Origin: Candidatus Multivoraceae bacterium
Lineage (GTDB): Bacteria; Acidobacteriota; Thermoanaerobaculia; Multivoradales; Multivoraceae
Assembly: GCA_965219625.1 (NCBI GenBank)
Contig: OZ244782.1
Location: 1,764,964-1,828,963, forward strand
Direction of reading: 5' to 3'
DNA length: 64,000 nt
The notes beneath the pieces were generated by a model. It was not told where the DNA came from and did not search any database. It saw nothing but the letters and a program-made list of their open reading frames with translations. Position numbers and translations under genes: made by a program. This document shows, one piece after another, positions 59,554 to 64,000 of the stretch; within the stretch, counting starts at the first letter, position 1; every line of letters begins with the position of its first letter.

Positions 59554-60753
59554 ATGCATCGTTTCAGCTTGATCGGCCTCCTTGGAGGTTTCTTCGTCGT
59601 CGCCGGAACGGCACAGGACCGGCCTGTCGTCACCGAGGCCGAATTCCTCGCGGTTCTTGAACGGGCCCACCCCGCGGTTCGCGAGAGCGCGGAGGGCGTG
59701 GCGCTCGCCGAGGCCCGTCTGCTCGAGTCCCGGACCCTTGACAACCCAGTCGTCGAGGCCGTGCGTGAGGATCCCGCCGGCCCGAGCGGCCAGACCGACC
59801 TCCGTATCTCCTGGCAGTTTCCCGACACCGCGCGCCGCGCGGAGATCGACGCACGGGAGGGCGAGCTCTGGGCCGCCCGTCGCCGGCTGGCGTATGACCG
59901 GCTCGCTTATCGCTTGGCGATGAGGGAGGCCTATGCCGACTGGGCGGTGGCGAGTGAGAGGCGACAACGATTGTCGACCCGGACGCAGCGGGTCGAACTG
60001 CTGGCCGAACGAGAGGCCCTCCGGGCGCAGAGGGGGGAGGCTTCGGGGCTTATGGCCCGACGGCTCCAAATGGCGGCCACCACTCTACGCTCCCGTGTTG
60101 CCCTCGCCGCCACGGAAACGGAACGAGCCCGGGCCCAAGCAGCTTTCTGGCGCCCGGACTTGGCATCTGAGGCGCAGCCGGTCCTGCCCGAGCTGCCGGA
60201 TTCGTCTTCAGTGGACGGAGCTGGTGCGGGGGTACGCGCCGCCGAAGCGAATCTGGCAGCTGCCGAACTGGCCGAGCGGGCAAGCCGCGCGAGCTTCGCC
60301 TCGCCCGAGATCACTGTGGGCTGGCAGGAGCAGAAGATCGGGTTGGACTCGGTCGAAGGGCCAAGCTTCGGAGTCGCCTGGTCCGTACCGCTCTTCGACC
60401 GGCGTCAGGCGGTTCGGAAGAACGCGGGCGCGGCCCTGGCGGCGGCCGGGGCGCGGCTTGAACTCGCGGAGCGCGAGTCCGCAGCCTCGCGGACCGCTGC
60501 GAGTAGGAACTTCGCGCGACTCGCGGAGGCTCTCACCGAGGCCCGTGAGGAGCTCGGCGCGGCCGGGAAGATACTGGACGGCGCGGAGGCCGCGTTCCGC
60601 CAGGGCGAAAGCGACTTGACGGACCTGCTTGAGACACATCGTGCGGTGACCGAGGCGGAGTTGGCGGCCCTCGATCTGCACGCGGCCGCGCTGGCGGCGC
60701 ACCGAGACCTCGAACGGCTGGCGCCGAACCGGGAAGAAGGGCCGGGGTCATGA
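59554..60753 (+). CDS. TolC/CzcC-family outer membrane efflux protein
   Basis: Signal peptide, WSVPLFDR, AFRQGESDLTDLLE; AAGGAG RBS. Confidence 0.85.
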   Translation: MHRFSLIGLLGGFFVVAGTAQDRPVVTEAEFLAVLERAHPAVRESAEGVALAEARLLESRTLDNPVVEAVREDPAGPSGQTDLRISWQFPDTARRAEIDAREGELWAARRRLAYDRLAYRLAMREAYADWAVASERRQRLSTRTQRVELLAEREALRAQRGEASGLMARRLQMAATTLRSRVALAATETERARAQAAFWRPDLASEAQPVLPELPDSSSVDGAGAGVRAAEANLAAAELAERASRASFASPEITVGWQEQKIGLDSVEGPSFGVAWSVPLFDRRQAVRKNAGAALAAAGARLELAERESAASRTAASRNFARLAEALTEAREELGAAGKILDGAEAAFRQGESDLTDLLETHRAVTEAELAALDLHAAALAAHRDLERLAPNREEGPGS

Positions 60754-62360
60754 GGGAACGTCTCAATGCGAACCGGTCGCCAAGGAGCCAGCGCGCCCAC
60801 TTCGCGCCGGCCTCAATGTCCGTGGCGACGCTGTTCGTGGCAGCCTGCGTCGGCTCGCCGGCAGCCCAGGAGGGCGATCACACTCATGAGAGTTGGTCTG
60901 CCACGGTTGTCGGCGAGCGGTTCGAGATCTTCCCCGAGGTCGATCCGTTGGCCGAAGGGCGGACAAGCATCGCCCACACGCACGTCACCCGCCTGACGGA
61001 CTTCTCACCCGTAAGCGATGCACGAGTGGAAGCCGTTCTCGTCGACGATGCCGGCGGGCACGTGTTCCGCGCCGCCGGCGCCGTCCGTCCAGGAGTCTTC
61101 GACATCGAGCTCACCCCGAGGCGGCCAGGCGAGGCAGCTTTGCTCTTCCGGATCGAAGACGCAGGCGGGGTCGAGGAGATTCCGGCCGGTCGAGTCCTGA
61201 TCGGGGCCTCGGACCACGCGGAGGGCGGCCCGCTGCAAGCTCCGCCGCCGCTTCCGGCTGGGTCCGACGGCGGCGAACCGGTCCGTTTCCTCAAGGAACA
61301 GCAATGGCAGGGAGGCTTCGCTACCGCTTGGGTGACGGAGGGCCGTCTGGCCCGGAGTGTCGCCGGGGTCGCCACCCTCCGGCCGCCGGCAGGTGGGCAG
61401 AGCACGATCACCGCCCAGGTCGACGGGGTCGTAAAGCCTCCGGCGGGCGCAGCTTCCTGGCCGTTCGTCGGCCGCCGAGTCGAGCGCAACGATCCTCTCT
61501 TCCGCGTCGTGCCGCTCGTCGCGTCCGAGCGGAGTCTGGCGAATCTCGAAGGAGAGCTCGAGGCACTGGCGACCGAGTTGGAGAGCGCGCGGGTGCGGAG
61601 CGCGCGACTCAGGGAGCTTCTGCTCCTCGAAGCGGTCAGCGAGCGGGAGGTCGAGGAGGCAGGGGTCCGCGCCCGGACGCTCGAGTCGTGGCATCGGGCG
61701 GCTCAACGCGACCTCGAGTCCGCCCGCGCTTCGCGGGAAGGCGGAGAGGACGGCGCCGGCATCTCGCCTCGGGCGCCGTTCTCGGGCCGGATCGCCGCCG
61801 TTACTACAACTCCAGGGGCAACGGTCGACGCCGGGGACGCCCTCGCCCGACTCGTCCGGACCGATGTGGTGTGGATCGAGATCGCGCTGCCCCCGCGGGA
61901 GGCGCGGCGGCTCATCGACGCGGGTTTGCGCGGTCTGGTCCTCGACGACCCGGAAAGCGGGCCAGTGCGGGTCGAAGGCGACCTGTCGCTCGTCTCGGTC
62001 TCGCCGGAGCTCTCACCGCGCACCGGTACTGTCACCGTCCTGGTCGAGGCACCGGGCATCGCCGGCGCTGGATTCCCCCTTGGCTCGACCGTCGCGGCGC
62101 AGCTACTCATGGCCGACGAGGAGAGCGGCATCGTCGTTCCTTCCTCGGCCCTGGTCGACGACGGCGGCGTTTCGGTCGTGTTTCTGCAGCTGTCCGGGGA
62201 GGAGTTCCAGCGGCAGACCGTCACTGTACTCGGCCGGCAGGGAGATCGGGTGCTGGTGACCGGCCTGACCCCTGGCCAGCGCCTGGTGACCCGCGGCGGC
62301 GACGCGATTCGCCGTTCCTCCCTGATGGCGGGCGGCGAAGCCCATGGCCACGTCCACTGA
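60750..62360 (+). CDS. RND efflux periplasmic adaptor (CzcB/CusB-like)
   Basis: RAPFSGRI, VPSSALVDDGG, GLTPGQRLVTRG, His-rich ends DHTHE and HGHVH. Confidence 0.9.
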   Translation: MRERLNANRSPRSQRAHFAPASMSVATLFVAACVGSPAAQEGDHTHESWSATVVGERFEIFPEVDPLAEGRTSIAHTHVTRLTDFSPVSDARVEAVLVDDAGGHVFRAAGAVRPGVFDIELTPRRPGEAALLFRIEDAGGVEEIPAGRVLIGASDHAEGGPLQAPPPLPAGSDGGEPVRFLKEQQWQGGFATAWVTEGRLARSVAGVATLRPPAGGQSTITAQVDGVVKPPAGAASWPFVGRRVERNDPLFRVVPLVASERSLANLEGELEALATELESARVRSARLRELLLLEAVSEREVEEAGVRARTLESWHRAAQRDLESARASREGGEDGAGISPRAPFSGRIAAVTTTPGATVDAGDALARLVRTDVVWIEIALPPREARRLIDAGLRGLVLDDPESGPVRVEGDLSLVSVSPELSPRTGTVTVLVEAPGIAGAGFPLGSTVAAQLLMADEESGIVVPSSALVDDGGVSVVFLQLSGEEFQRQTVTVLGRQGDRVLVTGLTPGQRLVTRGGDAIRRSSLMAGGEAHGHVH

Positions 62361-62370
62361 GGCCGGCGGG

Positions 62371-64000
62371 GTGCCTCTGCTGGAGCGACTGCTTCGATTC
62401 TCCCTGCGCCACCGCCTGCTGGTGGTCGCCGGGGCAGCGTTCCTTACGTTGACCGGCGCGGCGTGGATTCTGAACCTGCCTGTCGACATCTTCCCCGATC
62501 TTTCCGCCCCCACCGTGACCGTGATCACGGACGCCCCGGGGATGGCCGCGGAGGAGGTCGAGCTCCTCGTGACCTACCCGGTGGAGTCGGCCATCAACGG
62601 ATCGCCAGGCATTCGGCGGCTGCGTTCCATCTCCGCCGACGGGATCTCGTTGGCCTGGGTCGAGTTCGAGTGGGGCGCCGACATCTACCGCGCCCGCCAG
62701 GTCGTCAGCGAGCGGCTGCAGCGGGTCGAGCTGCCGGCCGCGGCCGAGTCGCCGGAGCTCGGACCGATCTCGTCGATCATGGGCGAGATCACGTTCATCG
62801 CGATGACCTCCGCGCCCGTGGAAGAAGGCGGCGTCAGCGCGATGGAACTCCGCCGGGTCGCCGAGACGGCCGTTCGCCGCACGCTCCTGTCGATCCCCGG
62901 GGTCTCGCGGGCGGTTCCCATCGGTGGCGAGCGGCAACAGCTGCAGGTCACGGTGCGGCCAACCGCCCTGGCCCAGCACGGCCTCTCCCTTGCCGCCGTC
63001 GTAGACGCCGTGGCCGAGTCGAGCCGCGTACTTTCCGCCGGTTTTCACGTGATGGCGGGGGAGGAGCACATCGTGCGCGTGCGCAGCCGGGCCCGCACGC
63101 CGGAGGAAGTGGCCGCGTCCAGCGTGCGGGTCGATCGCGGGATTCCACTCAGGGTCGGCGACGTGGCGAACGTCGAATGGGGGCCGGCGCCGCTTCGTGG
63201 CTCCGGCTCCTACCGCAACCGTCCGGCGGTCATCCTGTCCGTGCAGAAGCAGCCGGGCGTGAATACCCTGGACCTGACTCGCGCCATCGATGAGGCTCTG
63301 GCCCGATTGCAGCCGGCGCTGCCGCAAGGCGTAATCCTCGAGAGCGAGAACTTCCGCCAAGCGGACTTCATCGAAATCGCGATCGGCAACGTCGCCGAAG
63401 CGCTCCGCGACGGAGCGATTCTGGTCATCCTCATCCTGGCGCTCTTTTTGGGCAGCGCCCGGACGACGTTCATTGCTGCGTTCGCCATCCCGCTTTCCCT
63501 GGTCGCCGGGATCCTGGCGATCGCGGCTCTCGGGCTTCAGATCGACACGATGACGCTTGGCGGCCTGTCGATCGCCATCGGGCTGCTCGTGGACGATGGG
63601 ATCATCGCGATCGAGAACATTTTCCGGCGGCTGCGGGACGAGCGACGACAGCCGAAAGGTGAGCGCAGGCCGGCCGAGGAGGTCGTCGCGGCCGCGACCC
63701 GGGAGGTGCTGAGCCCGATTCTCCTTGCCACGTTGATCGTCGTCTTTGTCTTCGCGCCGATCTTCTTCCTGCCGGGTCTGGAGGGTCGGTTGCTGCGACC
63801 GCTTGGCCTCGCCTTCGTCGCAGCGCTCGCCGCGTCACTGTTCGTGGCACTCACCTTGACGCCGGTACTTGCCGTGCTGTTGCTGCGCCGGGCGAAGGCG
63901 CTCAGGTCGCGAAGGCCATGGCTGCTGCGAGCCTGCCGGAGGGTCTACACGCCGACCCTCGATTGGTGCCTTTCGCATCGCCGGTTCGTGCTGTCTTCAT
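62371..64000 (+). CDS. CusA/CzcA-family RND permease (partial, runs off right edge)
   Basis: Manual translation: MPLLERLLRFSLRHRLLV...LPVDIFPDLSAPTVTV...TMTLGGLSIAIGLLVDDGIIAIENI...LPGLEGRLLRPL. Confidence 0.92.
   Translation, partial: MPLLERLLRFSLRHRLLVVAGAAFLTLTGAAWILNLPVDIFPDLSAPTVTVITDAPGMAAEEVELLVTYPVESAINGSPGIRRLRSISADGISLAWVEFEWGADIYRARQVVSERLQRVELPAAAESPELGPISSIMGEITFIAMTSAPVEEGGVSAMELRRVAETAVRRTLLSIPGVSRAVPIGGERQQLQVTVRPTALAQHGLSLAAVVDAVAESSRVLSAGFHVMAGEEHIVRVRSRARTPEEVAASSVRVDRGIPLRVGDVANVEWGPAPLRGSGSYRNRPAVILSVQKQPGVNTLDLTRAIDEALARLQPALPQGVILESENFRQADFIEIAIGNVAEALRDGAILVILILALFLGSARTTFIAAFAIPLSLVAGILAIAALGLQIDTMTLGGLSIAIGLLVDDGIIAIENIFRRLRDERRQPKGERRPAEEVVAAATREVLSPILLATLIVVFVFAPIFFLPGLEGRLLRPLGLAFVAALAASLFVALTLTPVLAVLLLRRAKALRSRRPWLLRACRRVYTPTLDWCLSHRRFVLSS

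Noticed and set aside
57376-60753. 1125-aa ORF
   Set aside because: First two thirds is antisense shadow of the oligopeptidase; real TolC-family gene starts at 59554 after AAGGAG

Overview
High-GC bacterial chromosomal window; gene content (bshC-bshA, pgk-tpiA-secG-tRNA-Leu, PQQ-like propeller, heme-c/copper-monooxygenase-like protein) suggests Acidobacteriota, which is an inference only. From left to right: (1) a tightly coupled minus-strand amine catabolic operon using gamma-glutamylation (1-9556); (2) an orphan ParA ATPase plus AlbA_2/HATPase pair and two atypical ORFs (9.7-12.9 kb); (3) TonB receptor, amidohydrolase, heme-c/Cu-monooxygenase-like protein, gabD and an acyl-CoA dehydrogenase; (4) a housekeeping block (dusB, bshC, bshA, mobA, cyclophilin, tRNA-Leu, secG, tpiA, pgk, tsaD, thiG, deoxynucleoside kinase, degenerate NYN protein, tRNA-Arg); (5) yghU and an acyl-CoA dehydrogenase pair, one interrupted by an in-frame TAG; (6) a decayed patch with two IS3 remnants and a degenerate gene duplicate (38.4-40.5 kb); (7) assorted hydrolases and dehydrogenases; (8) a MORC-type ATPase-nuclease plus DNA methyltransferase defence islet (52.4-56.8 kb); (9) a heavy-metal RND efflux operon preceded by a His-rich leader ORF with a C-terminal RGPP motif, a candidate metal-sensing ribosome-arrest peptide. 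All calls come from reading motifs by eye; no database searches were run and start codons are best estimates.
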